DNA of 43,236 nt from Rhodanobacter sp. (GCA_039936515.1 JBDTIE010000312.1:1-43236); one strand, 5' to 3'. Positions 31,884 through 43,234 are shown, counted from the stretch's first letter. A program made the numbers and translations. The notes: generated by a model not told the origin, from the sequence alone.

Positions 31884-32675
31884 TTACAGGGCAACCCAGC
31901 GCGGGGGGCGCTTGTCGAGGAACGCAGCCAGCCCATGCTGGCCTTCTTCTGACACGCGCAGGCGGGCGATCAGCCCGGCATTGGCGTGATCAAGCGCCTC
32001 CACCTGCGCGCGGTCGATGCCGCCCACGCGCAGCGCCAGCTGTTTGGCTTCGCGCTGTGCTTCGGGCGCGACCTTGTTCAGCAGATGCTCCACGCGCTCC
32101 ATTGCCTCGTCCAGGTCCGGCAGCGGGACAGCCGTGTGCAGCAGACCGATGCGCGCCGCGTGCTCGCCATCAAACACTTCGCCGGTGATGAACAGCCGGC
32201 GTGCCTGACGCGCGCCAATGGCAGCGATGACGTAGGGCGAAATGACCGCCGGTACCAGCCCAAGTTTCACTTCGGAGAGCGAAAACTTTGCCGTGCTGAC
32301 GCCAACGGCGATGTCGCAACACGCGACCAGGCCGACGCCACCACCGTAGGCTGAGCCATTGACGCGGGCAACAGTGGGCTTGGACAGAAACTGCAGCGTG
32401 CGCATCAGCGCGGCCAGTTGCAGCGAATCGTCGCGGTTCTGCTGCTCGGTGGCGTTTACCATCGAGCGCATCCAGTTCATGTCGGCACCGGCGGAAAAAC
32501 AGCTGCCATTGGCGGTGAGCACCACCATGCGCACCTGCGGATCGGCGTCGGCAGCTTGCAGCGCGGCGGTCAGCGTGGCGATCAGGCCATCGTCGAAGGC
32601 GTTGTGCACCTGCGGACGGTTCAACGTCAGCCACAGCGTGTGGCCGCGGCGTTCGCTCAGGACCGGATCGGTCAT
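31884..32675 (-). CDS. liuC: Enoyl-CoA hydratase (probably methylglutaconyl-CoA hydratase)
   Basis: LNRP.VHNAF, FSAGADM.WM, GGGVGL, SEVKLGL.PAVISPYV. Confidence 0.9.
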   Translation of the reverse strand: MTDPVLSERRGHTLWLTLNRPQVHNAFDDGLIATLTAALQAADADPQVRMVVLTANGSCFSAGADMNWMRSMVNATEQQNRDDSLQLAALMRTLQFLSKPTVARVNGSAYGGGVGLVACCDIAVGVSTAKFSLSEVKLGLVPAVISPYVIAAIGARQARRLFITGEVFDGEHAARIGLLHTAVPLPDLDEAMERVEHLLNKVAPEAQREAKQLALRVGGIDRAQVEALDHANAGLIARLRVSEEGQHGLAAFLDKRPPRWVAL

Positions 32676-32854
32676 CGGTTTCACTCCGCAAAGAAGCCCA
32701 TCATAAGCGGCCAGCAAAGTGGCGGCGGTGTTGGCGACCCTGTATGCGTACCGGTGCCAGCGCGGTGGCCAGGCGCGAATCGGTCGGGTCTTGGTGGGTT
32801 GCTGGCTCGACGCGTGCCGTCGTCCATCATGTGCGGAGGCTTGGCGACAACCAC

Positions 32855-32879
32855 GAAAAAGCCGGCTTGCGCCGGCTTT
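32855..32879 (-). terminator. Intrinsic terminator of rpsT
   Basis: Minus strand aaagccggc-gcaa-gccggcttttt. Confidence 0.85.
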
Positions 32880-32900
32880 GCAGTCTCGCGACGCTGTGGC

Positions 32901-33164
32901 TTACGCCAGTTCGCGAATCTTCGCGTTGAGGCGGCTCTTGTGCCGCGCAGCCTTGTTCTTGTGGATCAGGCCACGGGCGGCGTACCGATCCATGACTGGC
33001 TGGGCCGCGGCAAATGCGGTGGTGGCGGCGGCCTTGTCCTTCGCTTCGATGGCCTTGACCACCTTGCGCAGGGCGGTGCGGACCATGGAGCGGGCGCTGA
33101 TGTTGCGCAGGCGGCGCTGTTCGGACTGGCGCGCGCGCTTCTTCGCGGACTTGATGTTGGCCAA
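32901..33164 (-). CDS. rpsT: 30S ribosomal protein S20 (TTG start)
   Basis: (M)[12 protein letters not shown]...[13 protein letters not shown]; GGAG RBS. Confidence 0.98.
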   Translation of the reverse strand: MANIKSAKKRARQSEQRRLRNISARSMVRTALRKVVKAIEAKDKAAATTAFAAAQPVMDRYAARGLIHKNKAARHKSRLNAKIRELA

Positions 33165-33208
33165 GGTAGAACTCCGGAATGCAGTGTTGGGGTTGGAAAA
33201 AGACGCCA

Positions 33209-33237
33209 ATTATGCGATTGAACCGGGCGTGCGTCAA
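33209..33237 (-). promoter_or_regulatory. sigma70 promoter of rpsT
   Basis: Minus strand TTGACG, 17 nt, CATAAT. Confidence 0.75.
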
Positions 33238-33402
33238 TTGCGGGTGATGCGTGAAGCGCGGAAGCGGCGGGCAGTGCCCGCCCTGCGGCGAAGCCGTGCT
33301 ACCGCGCAAGGCGGGGACCGCCCGCCGCACGTCGCCGGCGGGCCGCCAATCGCCCATACTCTCGCGTTTCGTCAACCTGACTCCACGGACCCGCCTGCGC
33401 GC

Positions 33403-35040
33403 ATGAAATCCCCAAGCATGTTCCGCGGCCTGCTTTCGTTCAGCGCGATGACGATGATTTCGCGCGTGCTTGGCTTGGCGCGCGACATGTCGATCAACGC
33501 GATGTTTGGTGCCAGTGGTGCCACCGATGCGTTCTGGGTGGCGTTTCGCATCCCCAGTTTCATGCGCCGGTTGTTTGCCGAAGGTTCGTTTTCCACCGCG
33601 TTCGTACCCGTGTTCACCCAGGTCAAGGAGACGCGCAGCCATGCAGAGCTGAAGGATCTGATGGCGCGCGTGGCCGGCACGCTGGGCGGCGTGCTGCTGC
33701 TGATCACCGCGCTGGGCATCTTCTTTGCGCCACAGGTCACGTTGCTGTTCTCGCCGGGCGCGGTGAACGATCCGGAAAAATTCGGACTGACCGTCGACCT
33801 GCTGCGGCTGACGTTCCCGTTTCTGCTGTTTGTGTCGCTGACCGCGCAGTCCGGTGGCGCGCTCAACAGTTTTCATCGCTTCGGGTTGCCGGCGCTGACG
33901 CCGGTCATCCTCAACCTGTGCATGATCGCCGGCGCGTTGTGGCTGTCGCGCTATCTGCGCACGCCGATCATGGCCATGGGTTGGGCCATCCTTGCCGGCG
34001 GCATCCTGCAGTTGCTGTTCCAGTTGCCGGCGTTGCGCGGGCTGAACCTGCTGACGTTGCCGCGCTGGGGTTGGAACCATCCCGACGTGCGCCGGATCAT
34101 GCGGCTGATGGTGCCGACGCTGTTTGGCTCGTCGGTAGCGCAGATCAACCTGCTGTTCGACACGGTGATCGCCTCCTACCTGGTGCTCGGCTCGCAGACC
34201 TGGTTGTCGCAGGCCGACCGCTTCCTGGAGCTGCCGCTGGGAGTGTTTGGCGTAGCGCTGGGCACGGTCATCCTGCCCTCGCTGTCACGGCATTTCGTGG
34301 CGACCGATCACGCCGGGTTTTCCCGTGCGCTGGACTGGGGCTTGCGCCTTGCCACGCTGATCGCGGTGCCGGCGACGTTCGGCCTGATGTTGCTGGCCGA
34401 GCCGTTGGTGGCCACGATCTTCCAGCACGGCCGCTGGAGTGCGCACGACACGGACATGGCCACGTTGTCGATCACCGCCCTGAGTTTCGGCCTGCCGGCA
34501 TTTGCGCTGGTCAAGGTATTGCTGCCGGCGTTCTACGCGCGACAGGACACGCGCACGCCGGTGCGTGCCGCGGTCGCGTCGCTGGTGACCAACATGGTGT
34601 TGAACGTGGTGTTTGTGCTGGCATTGTTTGCGCTGTGGGCGCCGCCGGCGCTGCACGCGCTGGGCTGGTTCGACGCGGTGTCGCAGCTGCCTGGCCTGCA
34701 CATGGCACTGGGCATGGCCAGCGCCGTGGCCGCCTACGTGAATCTGTGGTTGCTGTGGCGCTGGCTGAAAGTGGCGGGCGTGTATAGCCACCAGCGCGGT
34801 TGGGGGCGGCACGGCTTGCGCCTGGGGCTGGCGTGCGCGGCGATGGTGGCGGTGCTGCTGGTCGGGCGCTGGTGGTGGCCGGACTGGACCCATGGCGTCA
34901 GCGTCGTCACGCGCGTGTGGCACCTGGCGACCCTGGTGGCAGCCGGCGCGGCGGTTTACGCAGGTACGCTGCTGGCACTGGGCTTGCGACCGCGCGACCT
35001 GCGTCCGCTGGATGCGCCGCCGTCAAGCGTCGCCGGCTGA
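33403..35040 (+). CDS. murJ: Lipid II flippase MurJ
   Basis: SRVLGLARD, DAF.VAFRIP..RRLFAEG.FS.AF.P, ADR.LELPLG, FYARQDTRTP. Confidence 0.97.
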   Translation: MKSPSMFRGLLSFSAMTMISRVLGLARDMSINAMFGASGATDAFWVAFRIPSFMRRLFAEGSFSTAFVPVFTQVKETRSHAELKDLMARVAGTLGGVLLLITALGIFFAPQVTLLFSPGAVNDPEKFGLTVDLLRLTFPFLLFVSLTAQSGGALNSFHRFGLPALTPVILNLCMIAGALWLSRYLRTPIMAMGWAILAGGILQLLFQLPALRGLNLLTLPRWGWNHPDVRRIMRLMVPTLFGSSVAQINLLFDTVIASYLVLGSQTWLSQADRFLELPLGVFGVALGTVILPSLSRHFVATDHAGFSRALDWGLRLATLIAVPATFGLMLLAEPLVATIFQHGRWSAHDTDMATLSITALSFGLPAFALVKVLLPAFYARQDTRTPVRAAVASLVTNMVLNVVFVLALFALWAPPALHALGWFDAVSQLPGLHMALGMASAVAAYVNLWLLWRWLKVAGVYSHQRGWGRHGLRLGLACAAMVAVLLVGRWWWPDWTHGVSVVTRVWHLATLVAAGAAVYAGTLLALGLRPRDLRPLDAPPSSVAG

Positions 35041-35070
35041 TTGCATGTTCGCGATCGGTATACTTTCGCG

Positions 35071-36027
35071 ATGAGACTTTCGCGCGACTTCGCCGGCCCC
35101 TGCCTGGCAGCCCAGGGCAGCGTGGTGGCGATCGGGGCGTTCGACGGTTTGCATCGCGGTCACCAGGCACTGCTGGCGCAGGTGCGGGTGCGTGCGCAGG
35201 CGCTGGGTTGCGCGCCGGTGGTCATCAGTTTCGAGCCGTTGCCGCGTGCCTGGTTCTCGCCGCAACCGTTGCCGCGCCTGTCCAGCGTGCGCGAAAAGCT
35301 GCGGGGCTTTGCCGCCGCCGGCATGTCGCATACGTTGCTGCTGCGCTTCAACGCCGCGCTCACCGCGGTGTCCGCCGAGGAATTCGTGCGGCAGGTGCTG
35401 GTCAACCGCGTCGGCGCGCGTGAGGTGTGGGTTGGCGGTGATTTCCGCTTTGGCCATGGCCGTGGCGGTGATGTCGCGTTGCTGCAGCGGATGGGTGCGC
35501 AGCTTGGGTTCGAGACCTGCACCATGCCGCCGGTCCAACTGGATGGTGCCAGGGTATCGGCCAGCCGCGTGCGCCAGCTGCTGGCTGCGGGCGATTTCGC
35601 GCAGGCGGCGTCGCTGCTGGGGCGGCCGTTTGTCATCGATGGCCGCGTGTCCCGCGGCAACCAGCTCGGACGCACGCTGGGCTATCCCACGGCGAATATC
35701 CAGCTGCTGCGACGCGTAAGTCCGGTACACGGCGTGTGTGCAGTGCGCGTGGGGTTGGGCGAGGGCGAATGCCTGTGGCCGGGCGTCGCCAGCCTGGGGG
35801 TACGTCCCACCGTCAACCAGGTCGAGCAGCCGCTACTGGAGGTGCACCTGTTTGATTTCGATGGCGACCTGTACGGCCAGCGCATGGCGGTGGAGTTCGT
35901 TGCCAAGTTGCGCGACGAGATCAGATTTGACGACCTGCAAGCGCTCACGGCGCAGATGGCGCTGGACGCCAGCCAGGCGCGGGAAGTGCTCGGGATGAAT
36001 CCACGGCTGGACGAGTCGCAAGCGTGA
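35071..36027 (+). CDS. ribF: Bifunctional riboflavin kinase/FAD synthetase
   Basis: GAFDGLHRGH, G.DFRFG, GR.LGYPTAN, G.RPT, EVHLFDF..DLYG. Confidence 0.97.
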   Translation: MRLSRDFAGPCLAAQGSVVAIGAFDGLHRGHQALLAQVRVRAQALGCAPVVISFEPLPRAWFSPQPLPRLSSVREKLRGFAAAGMSHTLLLRFNAALTAVSAEEFVRQVLVNRVGAREVWVGGDFRFGHGRGGDVALLQRMGAQLGFETCTMPPVQLDGARVSASRVRQLLAAGDFAQAASLLGRPFVIDGRVSRGNQLGRTLGYPTANIQLLRRVSPVHGVCAVRVGLGEGECLWPGVASLGVRPTVNQVEQPLLEVHLFDFDGDLYGQRMAVEFVAKLRDEIRFDDLQALTAQMALDASQAREVLGMNPRLDESQA

Positions 36028-36200
36028 AACTGCTACGCCTTGCGCGCATGGATTTTTCCGGCAACGTGTGCCCTGGATCGCGTGTTGAAGTGGGGGCACG
36101 CGGCAGCAACCGGTTCATTGCCCGGTCGTGATCGGCTATTTTGTCTGACTGCGCCGCCGCGTCGCGGCCGCTGTTCCGTCCCCATTCTGATGATCCGTCG

Positions 36201-39176
36201 ATGACCCACGATTACAAGAGCACCATCAATCTGCCGCAGACCGCATTTCCCATGCGCGCCGATTTGCCGCGACGTGAACCGCTGTGGCTGGCGCAGTGGG
36301 AACGCGAGGACCTCTACGGCCAGATCCAGCAGCACGCGGCCGGGCGCGACAAGGTGTTCGTGCTGCACGATGGTCCGCCCTATGCCAACGGTGCGATCCA
36401 CATCGGGCATGCGGTCAACAAGATACTCAAGGACATCACGGTCAAGTCCAAGCTGCTGTCCGGCTTTCGCGCGCCTTACGTGCCAGGTTGGGATTGCCAC
36501 GGCCTGCCGATCGAGATCGCGGTGGAGAAGAAATTCGGCAAGCCCGGCGACAAGCTTGACGCCGTGGCCTTTCGGCAGAAGTGTCGCGAGTACGCCGCCG
36601 AGCAGGTCGATACCCAGCGTGCGGACTTCAAGCGGCTGGGCGTGCTTGGCGACTGGCAGCATCCGTATCGCACCATGGACTTCAAGTACGAGGCGGACAT
36701 GCTGCGCGCACTGGCGCGGGTGGTTGCCAACGGGCACGTGCTGCGCGGTGCAAAGCCGGTGTACTGGTGCTTCGATTGCGCCTCGGCGTTGGCCGAGGCG
36801 GAGATCGAGTACGCCGACAAGACCTCGCCGGCGGTGGATGTGGCGTACGACGCGGTCGATCCGAAGATCATCGCTGCCACCTTTGGCGTGGACAGCGGCG
36901 ACGCCATCGTCGCGGTGCCGATCTGGACCACCACGCCGTGGACATTGCCCGAGAGCCAGGCGGTCGCGCTGGGGCCGGATCTGGAATACGCGCTGGTCGA
37001 AGGCCCGCCGCGCAATGGCCGGCGCGTGCTGCTGGTCATCGCCAGTGCGCTGGTGGAATCGACCATGCAGCGCTATTCCGTTCTCCCTGCGGGAGAAGGT
37101 GCGCCGGCAGGGGCGGATGAGGGTACGGGCAAGGCGCAGCCCTCGGCCGAGGCTGCGCCTTTGGCGCCAACCCAAGTCAGCACGCAGGGTCGGGTGCTCG
37201 GCCACGCGCTGGGCAAGGCGCTGGAACGGCTCAAGCTTCAGCACCCGTTCTATTCGCGTGAGGTGCCGATCATCGCCGGCGACCATGTCAGTGCCGAGGA
37301 CGGTACCGGCGCGGTGCACACCTCGCCCGACCACGGCGTGGAGGATTTCGTGGCGGCGCAGGAGTACGGCATCGGCCTGCTCAATTACATCGAGCCGCGC
37401 GGCACCTATCGGCCGGACGTGCCGGCGGCCGCTAGCCTGGCACTTGGCGGCATGCACATATGGAAGGCCAACGACGCCATCGTGGAGATGCTGCGTAGTC
37501 GCGGCGTGCTGCTGGCGCATGCGCAGATCCAGCACAGCTACCCGTGTTGCTGGCGGCACAAGACGCCGGTGATCTATCGCACCACGCCGCAGTGGTTCAT
37601 CTCCATGGAGCAGCAGAAGCTGCGTGAGACGGCGCTGACCGCGATCAAGGCCGTGCGCTGGGTGCCGAGCTGGGGTGAGGAGCGCATCGCCGGCATGGTC
37701 GCCGGTCGCCCGGACTGGTGCATCTCGCGCCAGCGCACCTGGGGCGTGCCGATCGCGTTGTTCGTGCACAAGGTCACCCAGGCCATGCATCCGGATTCCG
37801 TCGCGCTGCTGGAGAAGGTGGCGCAAAAAGTGGAGCAGGGCGGGGTTGACGCATGGTTTGCGCTCGATCCGGCGCAACTGCTGGGCGATGACGCGGCGGA
37901 CTATGAAAAAGTCACCGACGTGCTCGACGTCTGGTTTGATTCGGGCGTCACGCACTTCGCCGTGCTCGGCCAGCGCCCGGAACTGCAGCAGGGAGCAGCC
38001 TCGCATTACAGCGTGATGTACCTGGAAGGCTCCGACCAGCATCGCGGCTGGTTCCAGTCCTCGCTGCTCACGTCCTCGGCCATTTTCGGCCGTGCGCCGT
38101 ATCAGGATGTGCTTACCCACGGTTTCGCGGTCGACGCCAACGGCCGCAAGATGTCCAAGTCGCTGGGCAATGTGGTCGCGCCGCAGCGGGTGATGGACAA
38201 CCTTGGAGCGGACGTCCTGCGTCTGTGGGTGGCCTCGGCCGACTACCGCAACGAGATGACCGTCTCCGACGAGATTCTCAAGCGCGTGTCCGACACCTAC
38301 CGGCGCATCCGCAACACCGCCAAGTTCCTTCTGGGCAACCTCGATGGCTTCGATCCAGCCAGACATCTGGTCGCGGTCGAGGACAGCCTGCTGCTGGACC
38401 AGTGGGCCGTGCAGCAGGCATGCGACGTGCAGCAGGCCGTGCTGGCAGCCTACGAGCGGTTCGATTTTCCCGAGGTGGTGGCGCGCATCCAGAACTTCTG
38501 CACCAACGAGTTGGGCGCGTTGTACCTGGACATCACCAAGGACCGGCTCTACACCATGCCGGCCGACAGCCATGGCCGGCGCAGCGCGCAGAGCGCGATG
38601 TTTCGCATCACCGAGGCGCTGGTGCGCTGGCTGGCGCCCATGCTGGCCTTTACCGCCGAGGAAATCTGGCACGCCATGCCCGACACCAGCGCACCGCAAA
38701 AGCGCAGCGACAGCGTGTTGTTTGAAGCCTGGTACGACGGCCTGGCTGCCACCCAGGGCAAGCCGGAGCAGCGACGCTACTGGGCCGACCTGCTGGCCAT
38801 GCGTGATGCCGCTGCGCACGTGCTCGAAGGCATGCGCAAGGACGGTGCGCTCGGCGCCGCACTGGAGGCCGATCTCGTGCTGCACGTCGATCCGGCCATC
38901 CACGCGCGCTACGCGGACATGGCCGACGAGCTGCGCTTTTTCTTCATCGTCTCCGGTCTGCAGCTGGCGCCGCTGACGCCGCGCCCGGAGGACGCGGTGC
39001 AGGTCGCCATCGACGGTGCGCAGGTGTGGCTGTCGGCCAGTGTCAGCGACGCGCCGAAATGCATTCGCTGCTGGCACCGCCGTGCCGATGTCGGCAGCCA
39101 TCCGCAGCATCCGGAACTCTGCGGCCGCTGCATCAGCAACGTCGACACTGCCGGCGAGGATCGCCGCTGGTTCTGA
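36201..39176 (+). CDS. ileS: Isoleucine--tRNA ligase (type 1) with a ~35-aa insertion
   Basis: [42 protein letters not shown]-terminal CxxC...CxxC. Confidence 0.98.
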   Translation: MTHDYKSTINLPQTAFPMRADLPRREPLWLAQWEREDLYGQIQQHAAGRDKVFVLHDGPPYANGAIHIGHAVNKILKDITVKSKLLSGFRAPYVPGWDCHGLPIEIAVEKKFGKPGDKLDAVAFRQKCREYAAEQVDTQRADFKRLGVLGDWQHPYRTMDFKYEADMLRALARVVANGHVLRGAKPVYWCFDCASALAEAEIEYADKTSPAVDVAYDAVDPKIIAATFGVDSGDAIVAVPIWTTTPWTLPESQAVALGPDLEYALVEGPPRNGRRVLLVIASALVESTMQRYSVLPAGEGAPAGADEGTGKAQPSAEAAPLAPTQVSTQGRVLGHALGKALERLKLQHPFYSREVPIIAGDHVSAEDGTGAVHTSPDHGVEDFVAAQEYGIGLLNYIEPRGTYRPDVPAAASLALGGMHIWKANDAIVEMLRSRGVLLAHAQIQHSYPCCWRHKTPVIYRTTPQWFISMEQQKLRETALTAIKAVRWVPSWGEERIAGMVAGRPDWCISRQRTWGVPIALFVHKVTQAMHPDSVALLEKVAQKVEQGGVDAWFALDPAQLLGDDAADYEKVTDVLDVWFDSGVTHFAVLGQRPELQQGAASHYSVMYLEGSDQHRGWFQSSLLTSSAIFGRAPYQDVLTHGFAVDANGRKMSKSLGNVVAPQRVMDNLGADVLRLWVASADYRNEMTVSDEILKRVSDTYRRIRNTAKFLLGNLDGFDPARHLVAVEDSLLLDQWAVQQACDVQQAVLAAYERFDFPEVVARIQNFCTNELGALYLDITKDRLYTMPADSHGRRSAQSAMFRITEALVRWLAPMLAFTAEEIWHAMPDTSAPQKRSDSVLFEAWYDGLAATQGKPEQRRYWADLLAMRDAAAHVLEGMRKDGALGAALEADLVLHVDPAIHARYADMADELRFFFIVSGLQLAPLTPRPEDAVQVAIDGAQVWLSASVSDAPKCIRCWHRRADVGSHPQHPELCGRCISNVDTAGEDRRWF
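37077..37187 (+). repeat. Palindromic repeat element inserted in frame in ileS (boundaries approximate)
   Basis: ttctccc-tgc-gggagaa-ggtg...ggggcggatgaggg, then aaggcgcagcc/ggctgcgcctt palindrome (37131-61). Confidence 0.65.
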
Positions 39177-39391
39177 TTGAACCCGCGGCCTGTGCAAAGC
39201 GGGCACTGCCCGCCGCGCGTGTTGCGTGAACAAGGCTGGATCATGCGGCGCATAAATCCTTCCGCCGCTCCGCAGACGAGCAATCGCCCCATACACCTGA
39301 GTGCCTGGCCATCAGGACGCCTCCGTTCAAGTACGATGACCGGCTACGTGTGCTGCACGGCACCTGTTTCGCCCGACCGAGCCAAAGCTTC

Positions 39392-39892
39392 ATGACCAGC
39401 AAACCCAATGCCTTGCCCTGGCTGTCGCTTTCGGTGGTGGTCATTGCCCTGGACCAGCTCACCAAGTGGTGGGCACTGCACGCGCTGCAGCCGCCGGGCG
39501 TACCGCATGAGGTGATCCCGGGCTTTCTCAACTGGACGCTGGCGTTCAACCGCGGCGCGGCTTTCAGCTTCCTGGCCGGCGGCAGCGGGTGGCAGCGCTG
39601 GCTGTTCGTGGTGCTGGCGTTGGTGATCAGCATCGCGCTGGTGGTGTGGTTGGCGCGCACGCTGCGTGACGACTGGCGCAACGCGATGCCATTGGCGCTC
39701 ATCATCGGTGGCGCGCTGGGTAACCTCATCGACCGCCTGCACGCAGCGCAGGTCACCGACTTCGTCCAGGTGTACTTCCGCCAGTGGAGCTACCCGGTGT
39801 TCAACCTTGCCGACAGCGCCATCACCGTTGGCGCCGTGCTGCTGCTGGCGCTGGGGCTGTTCGGCGGGGCGCGCACGGACGCCGTGCGATAA
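39392..39892 (+). CDS. lspA: Lipoprotein signal peptidase II
   Basis: [36 protein letters not shown]. Confidence 0.97.
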   Translation: MTSKPNALPWLSLSVVVIALDQLTKWWALHALQPPGVPHEVIPGFLNWTLAFNRGAAFSFLAGGSGWQRWLFVVLALVISIALVVWLARTLRDDWRNAMPLALIIGGALGNLIDRLHAAQVTDFVQVYFRQWSYPVFNLADSAITVGAVLLLALGLFGGARTDAVR

Positions 39893-39984
39893 TCGCCGCA
39901 CAGCCACCGGCGGATCGCCGGATTGCCCCTTTCCGCGCAACACATCCGCTCGGCGCATCCGGGCCACGTTTTGACGAGGCAACA

Positions 39985-40938
39985 TTGGACATCCTGCTCG
40001 CCAACCCCCGCGGATTCTGCGCCGGCGTCGACCGCGCCATCGCCATGGTCGAGCGTGCGCTGGAATCCTGGGGCGCGCCGATTTACGTCCGCCATGAGGT
40101 AGTGCACAACCGCCATGTGGTCGAACGCCTGCGCAGCAACGGCGCGGTATTTGTCCAGGAACTGCACGAAGTGCCCGATGGCGCGATCGTCATCTTCAGT
40201 GCGCACGGGGTCTCGCAGGCAGTGCGCGCGCAAGCGGCTGGCCGCGGCTTGCGCGTGTTCGACGCCACCTGTCCGTTGGTGACCAAGGTGCACATGGAGG
40301 TTGCGCGATTGGGCCGTACTGGCCACAGCGTGGTGTTGATCGGTCACGCCGGTCACCCGGAGGTGGAAGGTACATTGGGCCAATGGGACGCGGCCAACAG
40401 CGGTGAAATCTTCCTGGTGCAATCGCTGGATGACGTCGCCTCGCTGGCGCCGCGCGATCCGCATATGCTCGCCTACGTCTCGCAGACCACGCTGTCGGTG
40501 GATGACACCAAAGCCATCATCGCTGCACTGCGTGCCCGCTTCGCGGCCATCGAGGGTCCACGCAAGGACGACATCTGCTACGCCACGCAAAATCGCCAGG
40601 ACGCGGTGCGTCGGCTGGCCGATTCGGTCGACCTGATGCTGGTGGTTGGTTCGGCCAACAGTTCCAATTCCAACCGCCTGCGTGACTTGGCTGCACGTCA
40701 GGGCGTGCGCACCTTCCTGATCGACGACGCGGACAGCGTCCAGCGCGAGTGGCTCGAGGGCGTGCACCACATCGGCCTCACCGCCGGTGCGTCCGCGCCG
40801 GAGGATCTGGTGCGCGGTGTCATCGCCCGCCTGCAGTCGTGGGGTGCCGGCGTAGTCCGCGAACTGGACGCGGAGCCCGAAGACGTCACCTTTGCGCTGC
40901 CCAAAGAACTGCGCGTGTCTGGCAATCGCCCCACTTGA
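39985..40938 (+). CDS. ispH: 4-hydroxy-3-methylbut-2-enyl diphosphate reductase (TTG start)
   Basis: [44 protein letters not shown]. Confidence 0.97.
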   Translation: MDILLANPRGFCAGVDRAIAMVERALESWGAPIYVRHEVVHNRHVVERLRSNGAVFVQELHEVPDGAIVIFSAHGVSQAVRAQAAGRGLRVFDATCPLVTKVHMEVARLGRTGHSVVLIGHAGHPEVEGTLGQWDAANSGEIFLVQSLDDVASLAPRDPHMLAYVSQTTLSVDDTKAIIAALRARFAAIEGPRKDDICYATQNRQDAVRRLADSVDLMLVVGSANSSNSNRLRDLAARQGVRTFLIDDADSVQREWLEGVHHIGLTAGASAPEDLVRGVIARLQSWGAGVVRELDAEPEDVTFALPKELRVSGNRPT

Positions 40939-40992
40939 GCCCGCGCTGCGCATAGGCCAGGCAATGGCCACGCGGTTTGCGTGAGCGCGCCC

Positions 40993-41036
40993 AAAAAAAC
41001 GCAGGCCCCGCCAAACATGCGTTCGGCGGGGCCTGC
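40993..41036 (-). terminator. Terminator downstream of tRNA-Thr, convergent with ispH
   Basis: gcaggccccgcc/ggcggggcctgc 12-bp stem followed by T7 on the minus strand. Confidence 0.8.
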
Positions 41037-41049
41037 TGCAAGCAGATGT

Positions 41050-41125
41050 TGGTGCCGGGAAGAGGAGTCGAACCTCCGACCTACGCATTACGAATGCGCC
41101 GCTCTACCAACTGAGCTATCCCGGC
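41050..41125 (-). tRNA. tRNA-Thr(CGT)
   Basis: GCCGGGATAGCTCAGTTGGTAGAGCGGCGCATT-CGT-AATGCGTAGGTCGGAGGTTCGACTCCTCTTCCCGGCACCA, 76 nt, encoded CCA. Confidence 0.98.
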
Positions 41126-41375
41126 GCGGAGCCGCGCATGTTACGCAGCGCCGCCGCGGGGCGCAAGCGCAGACGTCGAAGTGATGGCCTGCCGGTCCTT
41201 GGCCGCTGCCTGGAACAGCGTCAAAACCGGCCGGGTGCGCGGGATCAGGTGCGTCCACCACGGCGCTCGTCGCCAGACCAGCCGCCTATCGGGCGTTCCC
41301 TACCGCCCGTCGCCCCGATGCTGGTGATTCCGATCCCGTTGCGTACAGTGCACACAGGGTATTGGGGAGAATTCC

Positions 41376-41903
41376 ATGCGTTTGAAGTCGCGCCAGCACG
41401 GTGTGTCGCTGATCGAGGTGCTGATGGCGGTGCTGATCTTCAGCATCGGCCTGATCGGCCTGGCCGGTCTGCTGGTGATCTCCACGCGGTCGAATCACGC
41501 AGCGTACCTGCGCACCCAAGCGACATTCCTGGCCAACAACATGGCCGATCGCATGCGCGCCAATCCGGTTGGCGTATGGAACGCCAGTTACGACAGTACG
41601 TCGTACCCCATCACGGGCAGCACCGATTGCCAAACCGCGGCGTGTTCTCCGGCGGACATTGCCACGCGCGACAAGCAGACCTGGAGCAGTCTGTTGACCA
41701 CACTTCTACCTAATGCAACCGCGGGGATCACTTGCTCGGCTCGCAGCTCGCTTAGTCACACGGTTACCACCGATGAGATGGATCGGCGTCCACCGTACGG
41801 GGGCACGTGTGCGATGACCATTTCGTGGAGCGAACGTGGTAGCGGCGACCAGACGCACAGCGACGCTGCACCCAAGACATTTGCCTGGGAGTTTCAGCCG
41901 TGA
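41376..41903 (+). CDS. pilV: Type IV pilus modification protein PilV
   Basis: Prepilin G/VSLIEVL; A.LRTQA..LA...ADRMRAN; D...W...L...LP. Confidence 0.9.
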   Translation: MRLKSRQHGVSLIEVLMAVLIFSIGLIGLAGLLVISTRSNHAAYLRTQATFLANNMADRMRANPVGVWNASYDSTSYPITGSTDCQTAACSPADIATRDKQTWSSLLTTLLPNATAGITCSARSSLSHTVTTDEMDRRPPYGGTCAMTISWSERGSGDQTHSDAAPKTFAWEFQP

Positions 41904-43234
41904 GGGCTCATTTCAATTCACGCCGCCAGTCTGGCGTCACGCTCATCGAGCTGATGGTAGCCATGGTGCTTGGCCTGCTCGTGGCGGGCGGCATCGTCAC
42001 GGTGTTCTCGTCCACGTCCAGCAGCAACAAGGCGCAGACGCAGTTGGCCCGGCTGCAGGAGGAGGGCCGTTTCGCCATCACGCGCCTTACAAACGACCTG
42101 CGCATGGCGAACGGGCAGTACTGCAGTGGTACGGGCGGAGCGGCCAGCAATGCCGGCAGCAACAACTTGTATATGGATGGTTTGCGTGCGCCCAAGGTGT
42201 ACGCCAAAAACCTGTTGGGTGCGATGCACGATGTGAGTACCGCCTGGGGCGCGCCTCCGTATCCGGCGGCACCGACAGCGCCTTATTATTTGCCGGCTTT
42301 TCTGGCAATGCGTGGTTATGACTGCAGCCAGACCGGCTGCCTTCCGATTGACCCGCACTCTGCGGTTCCAGCCATTCCCGCCAAGGGCACCGCCGTTGGT
42401 GATCGTGTGGTGGGCAGTGATGTCTTGACGATGCGCTATATGGATTCCTCTCGTGGTTGGGATCTGGATGGCGTCACGACCAAGACAACAGTGGATGCTA
42501 CCGAGAAGCTGACCAGCATCACCGTGGTGCCGAAGACTGGCGAGCCTGCCTTTAGCGAATTCGGGGCGGGAGATCTGGCCATGCTGGCTGATTGCTCCAA
42601 TGCGCAAGTATTTGCCGTTTCACCCGCGGGCGGGGTGCTGACGGTCGATGCGAGCAACAACTTTGCTGACAGTGGGCCAATCAACCAGGTGCCGCTGTCG
42701 GCGCCGCGCGTTTTTGACCTGAATACCGACCTGCTTACGGTCACGTATTACCTGCAGGTCGTCGATGGCGGTAACGGGCACACGCTCGGTGCGTTGATGC
42801 GCCGCGTCAATGGTCAGTCGGAAGAAATCGTGCGGGGCGTTGAGCGGCTTGATTTCCTGTATGGCGTTGAAAACCGCGATGGCAGTACGCGCTATCTCGA
42901 TGCGGCAACTGTCGATAGCCGCGATGGCGGCGCGTTCAATTGTCCGGCGTCGGTCCCCAGTGCGGACAGCAGCGCCCCCATGGTCAATCCGGTTGGTTGC
43001 ATGTGGCGGGCCGTCAAAAGCATCGAGGTACGCATCCTGATGGATGGTCAAGTGCCGCTGTATACGCTGGCGGCCAATGATCTGCGTTACACCTACGCCG
43101 GTGACGGCAATACGGTACCCAAGACACCGGACGACAGTGGTCGCGCAGTCAAACCAAGCGATCAGGGATTCGACAACCACATGTTGCGACGTGAGTTCAA
43201 TGCGCTGGTTGCCGTGCGCAACTACAACCCGTAA
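41900..43234 (+). CDS. pilW: Type IV minor pilin PilW; the next ATG (probably pilX) starts at 43234
   Basis: G/VTLIELMVAM, LQEEGRFA...DLRMA, GVERL..LYG, RR.F...VA.RN; GTGA overlap with pilV. Confidence 0.9.
   Translation: MRAHFNSRRQSGVTLIELMVAMVLGLLVAGGIVTVFSSTSSSNKAQTQLARLQEEGRFAITRLTNDLRMANGQYCSGTGGAASNAGSNNLYMDGLRAPKVYAKNLLGAMHDVSTAWGAPPYPAAPTAPYYLPAFLAMRGYDCSQTGCLPIDPHSAVPAIPAKGTAVGDRVVGSDVLTMRYMDSSRGWDLDGVTTKTTVDATEKLTSITVVPKTGEPAFSEFGAGDLAMLADCSNAQVFAVSPAGGVLTVDASNNFADSGPINQVPLSAPRVFDLNTDLLTVTYYLQVVDGGNGHTLGALMRRVNGQSEEIVRGVERLDFLYGVENRDGSTRYLDAATVDSRDGGAFNCPASVPSADSSAPMVNPVGCMWRAVKSIEVRILMDGQVPLYTLAANDLRYTYAGDGNTVPKTPDDSGRAVKPSDQGFDNHMLRREFNALVAVRNYNP

Noticed and set aside
32719-33402. 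Extended murJ N-terminus in the ORF track (773 aa)
   Set aside because: Overlaps rpsT on the opposite strand; MurJ similarity begins at 33403.
36028-36200. Long ribF-ileS spacer as a T-box or riboswitch
   Set aside because: No T-box motif, terminator or recognisable aptamer seen.
36033-39296. 1087-aa minus-strand ORF, and similar long antisense ORFs (740-2503, 14532-16295, 29672-30991)
   Set aside because: Shadow frames of well-supported genes in GC-rich DNA; no recognisable motifs.
39241-39312. 23-aa minus-strand ORF (MARHSGVWGD...) with GGAGG upstream in the ileS-lspA gap
   Set aside because: Too short, no recognisable similarity, antisense to an operon; cannot be supported without conservation data.
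41050-41125. tRNA-Thr as the attachment site of an integrated island
   Set aside because: Its 3' end is followed by a terminator and core ispH; no integrase or duplicated tRNA 3' fragment in the window.
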